DNA of 64,000 nucleotides from Pseudomonadota bacterium (GTDB taxonomy: Bacteria; Pseudomonadota; Gammaproteobacteria; Burkholderiales; Burkholderiaceae_C): the NCBI GenBank assembly GCA_040385325.1, contig JAZKHN010000089.1, positions 2,169 to 66,168 of the forward strand, given 5' to 3'. The first letter of the stretch is position 1. The number at the start of each line of letters is the position of its first letter. Made by a program: the position numbers and the translations under genes. Below, piece by piece: positions 1-8,223 of this stretch. Below the pieces are notes generated by a model. The model did not search any database. It was not told the origin of the DNA and saw only the letters and a program-made list of their open reading frames with translations.

Positions 1-828
1 GGATTCTTTCTCGACGTAGTTGTGATGGCAGTTGATAGCCTCCTGCGTGATTTCAAAAGGCTTAGAAATCGACTTGCGCAACGCCTTCAAAACCAGATCC
101 ATCATCACGGCGCGATTTTCCAGCGCGTAAGTCTGAGCCCAGTGAACAGCCTTCACATAGTCGTCAAAAACCTTAGTGCCTTCGGGCAAGTAGGCAAGGT
201 CATCATGCGGGAGTTTGATGTGCCAGCGCTCGCATTCTTCCTTGGCCTTTTCGATGAAGTAGCGGCCAATCGCGTTGCCCGTGCCCCGGCTTCCGCTGTG
301 CAGCATGACCCAGACGTTTTGCGACTCATCGAGGCAGATTTCAATGAAGTGGTTGCCGCCGCCCAGCGTGCCCAATTGGGATTCCATGCTGGTGCTTTTG
401 GCTTTGATTTCTGGAAACTCTGCGTAAAGGTCGCTCCACTGCTGATGCAGGTCTGCGCGTCCAGCCCAGTTGCCCTCAACAATATCGTCCTTCTGGTGCA
501 TGGAAAACCCCACGGGCACATCGCGCTCAATCTGGTCGCGCATGGCCCTCAAGGAATCCGGTAGATCGGAGGCTGTCAGCGACAGGCGAACAGCATTCAT
601 GCCGCAGCCAATGTCAACACCAACGGCAGCAGGGATTATGGCCTTGTGAGCGGCTATAACGCTGCCCACTGTTGCCCCAATGCCTGCATGTACATCCGGC
701 ATGACGGCAACACCGTTTTTATTGAGAAACGGCAGACGCGCCAAGTTCTTGAGCTGTATAAGGGCTGAATCCTCTATCTTGTCGGTCCAGGCTTTGATCG
801 GGAAGCCATCGTCTTTGATTACTTGCAT
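1..828 (-). CDS. rtcB: RtcB family RNA-splicing/repair ligase (3' end truncated by window edge; absent from ORF track)
   Basis: Manual translation from ATG at 828: MQVIKDDGFPIKAW...VMPDVHAGIGATVGSVI...AVGVDIGCGM...QLGTLGGGNHFIE...MLHSGSRG...INCHHNYVEKES, which are the RtcB signature motifs. Frame is open to position 1. Confidence 0.95.
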   Translation of the reverse strand, partial: MQVIKDDGFPIKAWTDKIEDSALIQLKNLARLPFLNKNGVAVMPDVHAGIGATVGSVIAAHKAIIPAAVGVDIGCGMNAVRLSLTASDLPDSLRAMRDQIERDVPVGFSMHQKDDIVEGNWAGRADLHQQWSDLYAEFPEIKAKSTSMESQLGTLGGGNHFIEICLDESQNVWVMLHSGSRGTGNAIGRYFIEKAKEECERWHIKLPHDDLAYLPEGTKVFDDYVKAVHWAQTYALENRAVMMDLVLKALRKSISKPFEITQEAINCHHNYVEKES

Positions 829-1376
829 TTTTGTTCCTTTGTTTGTTCGTCCTCGCTCATCGCCTCTCGCACCTCTAGTGGTGGGGCGGCATACAGCTTG
901 TCACCCTTCTTTAATCCGTGCTTCCTGAAAATCTCCGCGACTGGCCTACTGCCGACCCAGTACAGCGTTGCATCACTGCCAATTTCTGCTACCGGTTCTG
1001 CCGCTCTCCCTGCCTGAGAGGCGGCAATACATGCCCAATAGCAAGCATTCCAGCCGTCGCGGTGGTCGGGTCCAATGTGCGATGCCTTCGGGTGGTACGG
1101 TAAGAACTCGTCGCCTTGCTTCCAAGGACCGTTGTAGGGCAACCCAGGCAGTCCCTGTGCTGGGGGTTGGGTGGTCATGGTGTCCTTTGCGTCATTTTTG
1201 ACGACTTGCCGTGCATCGGGTTTGCTGGATAACCAGCGGCTGAGTCCCTTGCTGTCATCTTGAAGCAGGCCCGGAGGCCAGCCAGTTTTGCCACCGTTTT
1301 CAAGATGGCAAGCGCCAGACCCGCAGCGATGCAGGCACTCGGTATCTGACACGATGCACACACGAACTGTTGTCAC
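819..1376 (-). CDS. Hypothetical phage protein
   Basis: 185 aa ORF overlapping both neighbours in the leftward operon. Confidence 0.65.
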   Translation of the reverse strand: MTTVRVCIVSDTECLHRCGSGACHLENGGKTGWPPGLLQDDSKGLSRWLSSKPDARQVVKNDAKDTMTTQPPAQGLPGLPYNGPWKQGDEFLPYHPKASHIGPDHRDGWNACYWACIAASQAGRAAEPVAEIGSDATLYWVGSRPVAEIFRKHGLKKGDKLYAAPPLEVREAMSEDEQTKEQKCK

Positions 1377-1906
1377 CCTTCACCCCCTTCATGTATAGCG
1401 GGGGCGGCAGGCGCAACGTGAATCCATGACTGCCCCTTTGCTGCTCGCCTTGCAGTTGATTTGTCAATATCAAAGCGCTCGGCAATTTCCGCAAAAATAT
1501 GACCACTTGCGCGAAGTCGCCGTATAGCCAGAATATCTACTTCGCTCAATTTGGCATGAGCCTGCTTTTCCCCTCTTGGCGGATTGTTTCGGCCTTTTGC
1601 TTCCCGGTCATCTGTGTTGTCCTGCCTTGTCCCAGCAAACAAGTGTTGGGGATTTATGCAGGCGGGGTTATCGCAGCGATGGCAAATGTGTAGGCCTTCT
1701 GGAATCGGCCCGTTTTCGATTTCGTAAGCAAGCCGATGTGCTTTTGCCGTCCTGCTGGTGCCATCACTTCGAGAGCCAACCATCAAAGAGCCGTAACCAT
1801 TTCTTGTGGTGCTAGTCCAATTTATACAGCCGGTCGCTTCGTCAACCTTGCTAAGCCGCTCAAGCCGCTCTTTCAATGAATAAACCGTCTGTCCGCGAAC
1901 TTTCAT
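1373..1906 (-). CDS. HNH endonuclease (free-standing homing type, C-terminal HTH-like)
   Basis: AHRLAY...ICHRCDNPACINPQHLFAGTRQDN motif. Confidence 0.9.
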   Translation of the reverse strand: MKVRGQTVYSLKERLERLSKVDEATGCINWTSTTRNGYGSLMVGSRSDGTSRTAKAHRLAYEIENGPIPEGLHICHRCDNPACINPQHLFAGTRQDNTDDREAKGRNNPPRGEKQAHAKLSEVDILAIRRLRASGHIFAEIAERFDIDKSTARRAAKGQSWIHVAPAAPAIHEGGEG

Positions 1907-2307
1907 GATTCACTCCTTGGTGGAGCTGGCAATGGCATCCAGTGGGTGGGGTCCGCGTAGCCGTCATCTATATCTTCGGGGTCTACCCACTCGCCATCGC
2001 AAAACAAGGTTGGGCCGTAGCATCCGGGCTTGACCTTTCCGTCCGATGGCGTCCAGAACCCCATGATTGGGGTCCCATCCTTTGGCGCTTCCGCAATCGG
2101 CCTCCACCCTGGCACCGCAAGCACTGCTGGCTGGGCTCGGGTGTTCCATGCGACTTTCAAATCCTCGTTGTAGCCCACTTTGACACGCACCGGACAACCT
2201 CGGCACGAATACCATTGCCCACTTCCGTGATCGCAGTTGTCGTATTCCGGGTCTGGCGTGCCGCAAAAAGGACAAGGCAAAAGCACCTCTGAAACATCGC
2301 TGGTCAT
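1903..2307 (-). CDS. Lar-like zinc-ribbon fused to DUF551-like domain
   Basis: LLPCPFCG...CRGC...AWNTRA (Lar-like) followed by WRPIAEAPKDG...PTHWMPLPAPP. Start moved to the ATG at 2307 (ATGA overlap with upstream gene). Confidence 0.75.
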   Translation of the reverse strand: MTSDVSEVLLPCPFCGTPDPEYDNCDHGSGQWYSCRGCPVRVKVGYNEDLKVAWNTRAQPAVLAVPGWRPIAEAPKDGTPIMGFWTPSDGKVKPGCYGPTLFCDGEWVDPEDIDDGYADPTHWMPLPAPPRSES

Positions 2308-2672
2308 GATGGCTCCTGTTGTTTGGCGATTGCAGCGTCTAAGGCTGCACGCGGCGTTGGATATTCGCCTTTTTGATGCTCGTTTCGCTCGCTGTTGTAG
2401 TTGTCCATCCAGCACAACCAATAACTGTTCTCACCGCCTTTTTTCACCACGCAGTCAGTTTGGGAGGTCAACCAATCCAGCCGCTCAGCATCCAGGCCAT
2501 CCACTGGTAGGGAGCGGGCTGCTTTGAATATCTCGAAAGCAAAAGCGATGGGCCAGTCCTCATAGCCCAAACGCTCGTCCCTTACGAGTCGTGCATACGA
2601 CTTGTCGGGGTCCATAAAGCGGCGCGCGATTTCCTCAAACGCAAACCTTTCGGCATCGGTGGGGGTAGTCAT
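2304..2672 (-). CDS. Hypothetical phage protein
   Basis: 122 aa with DAERLDWL...TPRAALDAAI motif common in phage early genes; ATGA-coupled. Confidence 0.7.
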   Translation of the reverse strand: MTTPTDAERFAFEEIARRFMDPDKSYARLVRDERLGYEDWPIAFAFEIFKAARSLPVDGLDAERLDWLTSQTDCVVKKGGENSYWLCWMDNYNSERNEHQKGEYPTPRAALDAAIAKQQEPS

Positions 2673-2806
2673 GACGCGGCCTTTCGATCAAGCGGGAGCC
2701 AGCAAACGGGTGGATAGAAGGTCGCCGTGCCACGGCAGCCCCACATTGATTCGTGATAGACCATTGCACGCATACGCTTCCAGTCTTCCTCGGTCCAGTC
2801 GCTCAT
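2669..2806 (-). CDS. Small hypothetical protein (45 aa, below ORF-track cutoff)
   Basis: MSDWTEEDWKRMRAMV...DRKAAS fills the gap exactly, with ATGA overlaps at both ends. Confidence 0.6.
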   Translation of the reverse strand: MSDWTEEDWKRMRAMVYHESMWGCRGTATFYPPVCWLPLDRKAAS

Positions 2807-3030
2807 GATGTCGCCTTACTGGTGGCAATGACAGCGGCTTGTTTTTTGGCGTCCCAAATCATGATCAGCGCCATAATCCCGCGACCGGGAGTTCCCCACG
2901 GCGTCGCATCAAGAAAGGCCTGTACTTCCTGCCGACGTTCGTCTGGAATTGCTCCACCAGAGCCATCCGTGTGCTGCCAAGTTTGCGTATTGACATCGAG
3001 TTTTCGACCAAGAAATCCTGGTGCAATCAT
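2803..3030 (-). CDS. Hypothetical phage protein
   Basis: 75 aa, ATGA-coupled on both sides. Confidence 0.6.
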   Translation of the reverse strand: MIAPGFLGRKLDVNTQTWQHTDGSGGAIPDERRQEVQAFLDATPWGTPGRGIMALIMIWDAKKQAAVIATSKATS

Positions 3031-4841
3031 GCGTCACCGCCTTTCTGCGAATCCAAACCCGCATCGGGTAGTGCTGGGTGAGTGGCGGTACGCATCGCGG
3101 ATTCCTGTTCAGCGCAGGCCATCTTTACGCGGTCAATAATGTCGTGGTCAGTGCCGTAGTGCTGGCGGAGAGCGCCACTGCCGAGGATTTCAGACAGCAG
3201 GCCATACATGCCTGACGCACGCATGCGTGCCTGCATTCCTGTTGTATCCGGCACCGCTACCGGGCTGGCAGAGGGATGGACGGAGGTCGGATTCGAACCG
3301 ACGACGCTCCCGCTTTCGCAGGGCTCTACCGCTGAGCTACCCCGTCCGTATTCGTATGCGAGGTCCAGCGCACGCATCAGCGCGCCGGTTTGTCCTCCGT
3401 GTGTATTGATTGTCGCGTTAAAGTGTTGGGCGCACTCTTTCAGCGCTGCTTGTTTCGCCCACTCAGCCCGCCCCTGTTCAACGGTCGGCAAATATGGTTC
3501 GATGGCTTGCGACTGAAGGCGGGCGGAGAACAGCAGCAGTGCTTCTTCCGTAAACCAGAGCGAACCAACGGGAAAATCCACCATGGTGGGTACACGCGCA
3601 CCGCTTGATTCGGCCAGTTCAGTGATGCCCTTGCGTTCATGGGTCTGGCCGTCCTCGTATGAAAGCGTGAGGGTGGTCTTCTCGGATGGCACCATCGGCG
3701 CTGCTGCATGAGGCGCTGGGCGCCGGTTTCCGTGAATCAAAGTTCCGTTGCCTGATGTTGCGGCCCGGCGGCGTTCCCAGTCGTCATCATTGGGATGCAC
3801 AATTAGCGCTGCAGGTACTGCTTCAGGCAGAGGTGAATGCCTGGGCTTGGCCGCCTGCTTCGCCCTGATCTTCTCGATGGTCACCGGGTCGCTGATCCGC
3901 GCCAGCTCGACTTCGCCGCATTCGTGCATGTCGTTGCCGTTGGCCAGGCACAGCGCGGCTAAGGTGACCATCACGCCGCCGACCTCTTGCGGACGCTGGC
4001 CGACCGGGCGATTGAACACATAGTCCACCAACTGGTGCGCCTCGCTACGGGTCATCTGGTTGGCCTGCACGAGCTCAGTCGCTTCCTCAAAGAACCTATG
4101 GTTGCGTTCCATGCGATCGGCAGAGATTTCAGGTCCGAAGCAGGCTTGCATCCACGGGGCGACGCGAGACTGGAAAGTCGGTCGGGCAGCATGCGCGGCC
4201 AGCATATTGGCCGCCTTGTCCACAGCCCATCGGTTCACTGCAACCTCGATGCCGGCAGTGTCGAGGGGCCGCTGAACACCCAGCGCTTTGATCAGCTCAC
4301 GCAAGTTACCTGGCATGTCCAGGGAGAGCAGGTTCTGAATCACCATGCAGCAGTCAACACAGTAGAGCGCCCAGCCGTCGCCGTGGGTCTTTCCACATTC
4401 GGCGCAGCTACTGCCAGCAAAATTGCTCAATGCCAACAGGACCCGGGCTTCGATGTTGCGCAAGGCTTCATCAGCTGCAGCATCGTCCTGGGGCTGGGCT
4501 TCCATATTCCGTGCTTTCGCGACGCATTCTCCGTAGTGCCTGACCGCGCCGACGATGAACTCAAGGATGTCTCTGATGGCTGGTTTATCCACAACTGAAC
4601 CGCTTTTATGCGTGTTTTCTGTGGAACCGGCCTGTTTTGTCACGGTTTTATGCGCATCTGTCCCGCTTTCAGTCACCCACGCCGTCTCGTCTTCTTCCTG
4701 ATTGCGTGGGTTGCCAGGATGTGTGCAGCTGCCGCACGGCGGGCTGAGGTGGCAGCTGCAGTTGCCGTCACTGCCGAACTTGCGGTCGAACTGGTCGCGC
4801 TCGAGTTGGGCTTCAGGGGTGAGGGTGCGTTCAGTCATCAT
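3027..4841 (-). CDS. Mosaic multidomain protein with a MazG-like (all-alpha NTP pyrophosphohydrolase) central domain
   Basis: N-terminal CSCHLSPPCGSC, a CxxC/CxxC finger, and FQSRVAPWMQACFG...RFFEEATELVQA...QEVGGVMVTLAALC (EExxE...E pattern). Confidence 0.65.
   Translation of the reverse strand: MMTERTLTPEAQLERDQFDRKFGSDGNCSCHLSPPCGSCTHPGNPRNQEEDETAWVTESGTDAHKTVTKQAGSTENTHKSGSVVDKPAIRDILEFIVGAVRHYGECVAKARNMEAQPQDDAAADEALRNIEARVLLALSNFAGSSCAECGKTHGDGWALYCVDCCMVIQNLLSLDMPGNLRELIKALGVQRPLDTAGIEVAVNRWAVDKAANMLAAHAARPTFQSRVAPWMQACFGPEISADRMERNHRFFEEATELVQANQMTRSEAHQLVDYVFNRPVGQRPQEVGGVMVTLAALCLANGNDMHECGEVELARISDPVTIEKIRAKQAAKPRHSPLPEAVPAALIVHPNDDDWERRRAATSGNGTLIHGNRRPAPHAAAPMVPSEKTTLTLSYEDGQTHERKGITELAESSGARVPTMVDFPVGSLWFTEEALLLFSARLQSQAIEPYLPTVEQGRAEWAKQAALKECAQHFNATINTHGGQTGALMRALDLAYEYGRGSSAVEPCESGSVVGSNPTSVHPSASPVAVPDTTGMQARMRASGMYGLLSEILGSGALRQHYGTDHDIIDRVKMACAEQESAMRTATHPALPDAGLDSQKGGDA
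3277..3347 (-). ncRNA. tRNA-like element embedded in the CDS, with the anticodon loop replaced by a GAAA tetraloop
   Basis: Minus strand reads GGACGGGG TA GCTC-AGCGGTA-GAGC CCTGC-GAAA-GCGGG AGCGTC GTCGG-TTCGAAT-CCGAC CTCCGTCC A; acceptor, D and T arms are intact. Confidence 0.7.
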
Positions 4842-6520
4842 TTGCCTTTCGGGAAAAGAACGGCGGTGGCAGCGACCATGCCCTTCTGTGGATAGTCGAT
4901 GGCGCCCAGCGTGCGCAGGTGACCGAGGTTGTTGAAATACCCGCCGCTGGTGCGAGATGCGCCGACGCGGTCGGCCAGGTCATCCTTGGGAAGGGATCCG
5001 GGGTAGATGTCGATCAGCACCTGCAGGATGGCCGCCTGGGGGTTGCTGACGATGGACAGCCAGGATCCGTGCAGGTCCTGCAGGGTCGGGGCCGTGTCGG
5101 GATAGTTGGCAATCAGCTTTCCAGCGTCAGTCAGTGCAACGATGCCGCCGGAGGGGTAGTCGATAAGCCCATGGCTCCGCAACTTCCCCAGGTTGTTGAA
5201 GTAGCCGCCTGATGTGGGGCTCACGCCAGCGTGAGCGGCGATCATGGGTTTGGTGGCAGCCGACACGCCGAACATCTCGAGCTGTGCCAGGACGTCCAGA
5301 ATCTTCACCTGCGGTGCGCTGATCTCGGTTATCTCCGGACCAGCGGCTTTCGGCGCCGGGGCAGGCCTGGGGCTGGGCTGCCGCACCTCGTTGCGCTCGA
5401 CAGCCATTGCAAGCTTCGCCGGTGCCTTGGTGCCCACGGCGACATCCCCCACACTTTCCAGCAAGGTTGCCGCCATGCGCCGCGCCCGGTCGTGCCAACC
5501 GTTGAGCACCAGCTGCAGGCCATCCCTGCTGCGTGTCATCGCATCCAGTTCCTGCCGCATGGCTGTCAGCCTTGGGCCTTGGTCAACAGTGGCCGGACTG
5601 GCTTTCTCGGCTTGAGACAGCTTCTTGCGCAGGTCATTGATCTCGGCCAACATCTTTTCAGCCGTCTTCACTTCGGCCTCGGCTTCGCGCTGAATCCCCT
5701 CGAGCTTCTGCAACTTCGCCAGCACAGCCTTGGACGCCGGCGGCGGTGCCGTCATGCCACGCGCGCCGCTTGTCGGGTGCGTGGTGTGAACAGGGCCCGT
5801 CATGGTGCGAGTGACGCCAGCGGCCAGCGCAGGACCGAAGGCGAAGAACTCGCCGGGCTCCAGACTGCGCAGGACCTGCTGAGCACCAGCGCGCGCCATG
5901 CCCAGTTCATCGGCTGCGCGCTGCACGTCCACGTCCAGCCCAGTGCGTCCGATCAACTTGTTCAGCAGTTCGGCGGCCACATCCTTGTGAAGCTTTGACA
6001 GGCGCTGGGTGCCGCCCACCAGCGCCAGGCCGCGCTTCCGGCCGCGCGTGGCGAGGTCGATCACGGCCGCCCGGCTCTCGGCATCGCCCACCTGAGGCGC
6101 AAACATATGGATTTCGTCGATCACCACCATGGTCGGATGCCAGATGCGCTTCGGCGCGTTGATCAGCGCCTCGAGAAAACGACGCACGAACAGGATGCGC
6201 TCGTGTGCCTTCAGCTCGTAGATGTCGAGTACTGCGCTGGCGCCGGACTCCCACAGTGCCCTGGCCAGCGCAGCAGCAGTCTGCGGGTTGGCGACCGCGT
6301 CTGCATCGTGCGGCGCGCAGATGATGTAGTCATGCTTCTCGCGGAGCGTGGCGAACTCACCCTCGGGGTCGATCACCAGCTGCTGAACGCCCTTGGACGT
6401 CTGCTCGAGGATTCTGCGAAGGCACCAGCTTTTACCGCCGCCGCTGTTGGCCTGGACCAGCAGGCGCGTCTCCATGAGCTTCGTCAGGTCGAAGGGGAGG
6501 GTACCGAGGGAATGTGTCAT
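4838..6520 (-). CDS. HerA/FtsK-like (DUF87-type) ATPase with coiled coil and duplicated C-terminal winged-helix-like module
   Basis: Walker A ANSGGGKS, VIDPEGEF, Walker B VVIDEIH, GTQR; two copies of TSGGYFNNLGxLRxxGxIDYP. Confidence 0.8.
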   Translation of the reverse strand: MTHSLGTLPFDLTKLMETRLLVQANSGGGKSWCLRRILEQTSKGVQQLVIDPEGEFATLREKHDYIICAPHDADAVANPQTAAALARALWESGASAVLDIYELKAHERILFVRRFLEALINAPKRIWHPTMVVIDEIHMFAPQVGDAESRAAVIDLATRGRKRGLALVGGTQRLSKLHKDVAAELLNKLIGRTGLDVDVQRAADELGMARAGAQQVLRSLEPGEFFAFGPALAAGVTRTMTGPVHTTHPTSGARGMTAPPPASKAVLAKLQKLEGIQREAEAEVKTAEKMLAEINDLRKKLSQAEKASPATVDQGPRLTAMRQELDAMTRSRDGLQLVLNGWHDRARRMAATLLESVGDVAVGTKAPAKLAMAVERNEVRQPSPRPAPAPKAAGPEITEISAPQVKILDVLAQLEMFGVSAATKPMIAAHAGVSPTSGGYFNNLGKLRSHGLIDYPSGGIVALTDAGKLIANYPDTAPTLQDLHGSWLSIVSNPQAAILQVLIDIYPGSLPKDDLADRVGASRTSGGYFNNLGHLRTLGAIDYPQKGMVAATAVLFPKGK

Positions 6521-6684
6521 GGTTGGCTTTCGGTGTCAGGAAACACAATGGGGGGCAGGTCATCAATGCTCGGGAACTGTTGCGGAGGCGGCGCCGGCGG
6601 CGGGGTGGCTAGCCCATTGGCGATGCGCGCGCGTGCACCCTTTGCCACGCACAGTTCAATGACCTGTTCGGCTGTCAGCGTCAT
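6517..6684 (-). CDS. Small proline-rich hypothetical protein
   Basis: 55 aa from ATG 6684; ATGA-coupled. Confidence 0.55.
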   Translation of the reverse strand: MTLTAEQVIELCVAKGARARIANGLATPPPAPPPQQFPSIDDLPPIVFPDTESQP

Positions 6685-7079
6685 TTCTTTTCCTTGCTGT
6701 GAACCGCATTGCAGACCTCGATCACGCGCTCGCACTCGCCCAGGTTCATGTAGGCGATATGGGTCTTTTTGACGGGGATGCCGAGTTGCTCAGAAAGCCA
6801 GCGGTAGCCAGCGCGCCGAGCTGGGCCCTTGGCCATCTTGTCGCGGCGCATCTTTCCCTTCCAGAGAGGGTCGAATGCTGCATGTGCCTTCTGCCGCATC
6901 TCGCGCAGCTCTGCGTTGGCCAGGCCGCCCAGAGCGTTCTCGGTACCGGGATGACAGCCGACGTAGGCATGGCAAGGCGCGCAGTTCCAGACCGGGCCAT
7001 AGTCCCATTGATACGGGTAGCCTTCGTCGCCGAACTTGAGCAGCACGGCCGGCTTGAGGCAGTAGCGGCAGGTTTTCAC
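6681..7079 (-). CDS. DUF3268-like zinc-finger phage protein
   Basis: CRYC...CAPCHAYVGCHPGT...LANAELR...AHAAFDPLWK...THIA; GTG start at 7079. Confidence 0.8.
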   Translation of the reverse strand: MKTCRYCLKPAVLLKFGDEGYPYQWDYGPVWNCAPCHAYVGCHPGTENALGGLANAELREMRQKAHAAFDPLWKGKMRRDKMAKGPARRAGYRWLSEQLGIPVKKTHIAYMNLGECERVIEVCNAVHSKEKK

Positions 7080-7645
7080 CCCCTCGGCCTCCAGGCGATG
7101 TGATCGCCCATGATCCCGTCCCAGGAGAAACCGCCACCGTTGAAGTCCAGCCAACTGGCCTTGCATTCCTGCTGCCAGCGGTTCTTCTCCGAGCGTTTGG
7201 CATAGAACCAGTTAAGGTGGCGCACCAGTATTTCAATCTGGGTGCCGTCTTTTGGGGCCGTGGTCATCGGCAACCAGCCCAGCATTGCGCTGTGGTCGAA
7301 CTCGATGCGGCTGACCTCGCTGTCAGGCGTGCACTTGGCATGCGTGTCGCAGAACATCTCCACGAACTGGCGCGGCGTCATCTCGGGGAAACCTTCCCGG
7401 TTGCACTCGCGCTGGCCATAGTCCGCCTGGTTTATCAATCTGCGCAGCGGCTCGCGCCTGTTGCTGATCACCCAGACCGGAGGGGCGATCTGCTCGATCT
7501 TCTCGCCAGGCTTCAAGCCCATGCACTTCTTCACGGGCTGCACCAGCTTGCCGGGCTGCAGCTTGAGCCAGCCCATGCGGCGGGTGACATCTTTCGTCTG
7601 GTCGACCATCTGCTGGGTCGTGAGGGCAAAGCTCATGTTTGGCAT
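7076..7645 (-). CDS. ASCH/PUA-like domain protein with DUF551-like C-terminus
   Basis: MSF...TKDVTRR...ECNREGF...FVEMF...VSRIEF (ASCH pattern) followed by WLPMTTAPKDGT. Confidence 0.7.
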   Translation of the reverse strand: MPNMSFALTTQQMVDQTKDVTRRMGWLKLQPGKLVQPVKKCMGLKPGEKIEQIAPPVWVISNRREPLRRLINQADYGQRECNREGFPEMTPRQFVEMFCDTHAKCTPDSEVSRIEFDHSAMLGWLPMTTAPKDGTQIEILVRHLNWFYAKRSEKNRWQQECKASWLDFNGGGFSWDGIMGDHIAWRPRG

Positions 7646-7647
7646 GG

Positions 7648-8115
7648 CTATTCCATCCAGCTCACACAATCCGGCGTCTCGCACTTGCCGTGAACGTGGC
7701 CGTTGAAGGCCGCCTGCGAAAGGTGCAACTTGCCTTTGCAGGCTGGGCACTCGATCACCTCGGATTTGCTGACGCGGTTCTTCTTTGTCCAGGTGCGCCA
7801 CGCCTTCACCACCGGCATCACAAGCGTGAACCGCTGCATCGATTTCTCGGTACGGTCGGCGCGATCCTCCCCCATCTCACGGGTGCGGCGAATCCACTGG
7901 GGACAGACAGCCACAGGATCCGGAAGGTGATGGCCGCCCATGCACGGCTGGCCAAAGATGCCCTTTGCCCTGTCTTCAGCAGTTGGAACAACCTTCACCG
8001 CCTCGCGGTCGACACCAACCGTGCACCAGTTGGCATGGTTGTCGATGCCCAATGCCGGCTTGTAGTGCTGGCAATAGTTCATCTCAAAGGCGATGGTCTC
8101 TTCACGGTCTCTCAT
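7648..8115 (-). CDS. Cys-rich hypothetical protein
   Basis: 155 aa with CPACKG...HVHGKCETPDC. Confidence 0.7.
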   Translation of the reverse strand: MRDREETIAFEMNYCQHYKPALGIDNHANWCTVGVDREAVKVVPTAEDRAKGIFGQPCMGGHHLPDPVAVCPQWIRRTREMGEDRADRTEKSMQRFTLVMPVVKAWRTWTKKNRVSKSEVIECPACKGKLHLSQAAFNGHVHGKCETPDCVSWME

Positions 8116-8223
8116 TGCGGGCTTTCTTAAAGGTGTCAGGCCGGGCTACTACCCCCGGGGGCTACTCACTGGCGAATTGCGAGAAAAAAACGAAACCAGT
8201 GCCGCCTTCTCCTGACGTATTCG

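Noticed and set aside
22-564. 180-aa + strand ORF (and the 125-aa - strand ORF 153..530)
   Set aside because: Shadow frames of rtcB, which occupies another - strand frame and has clear motifs.
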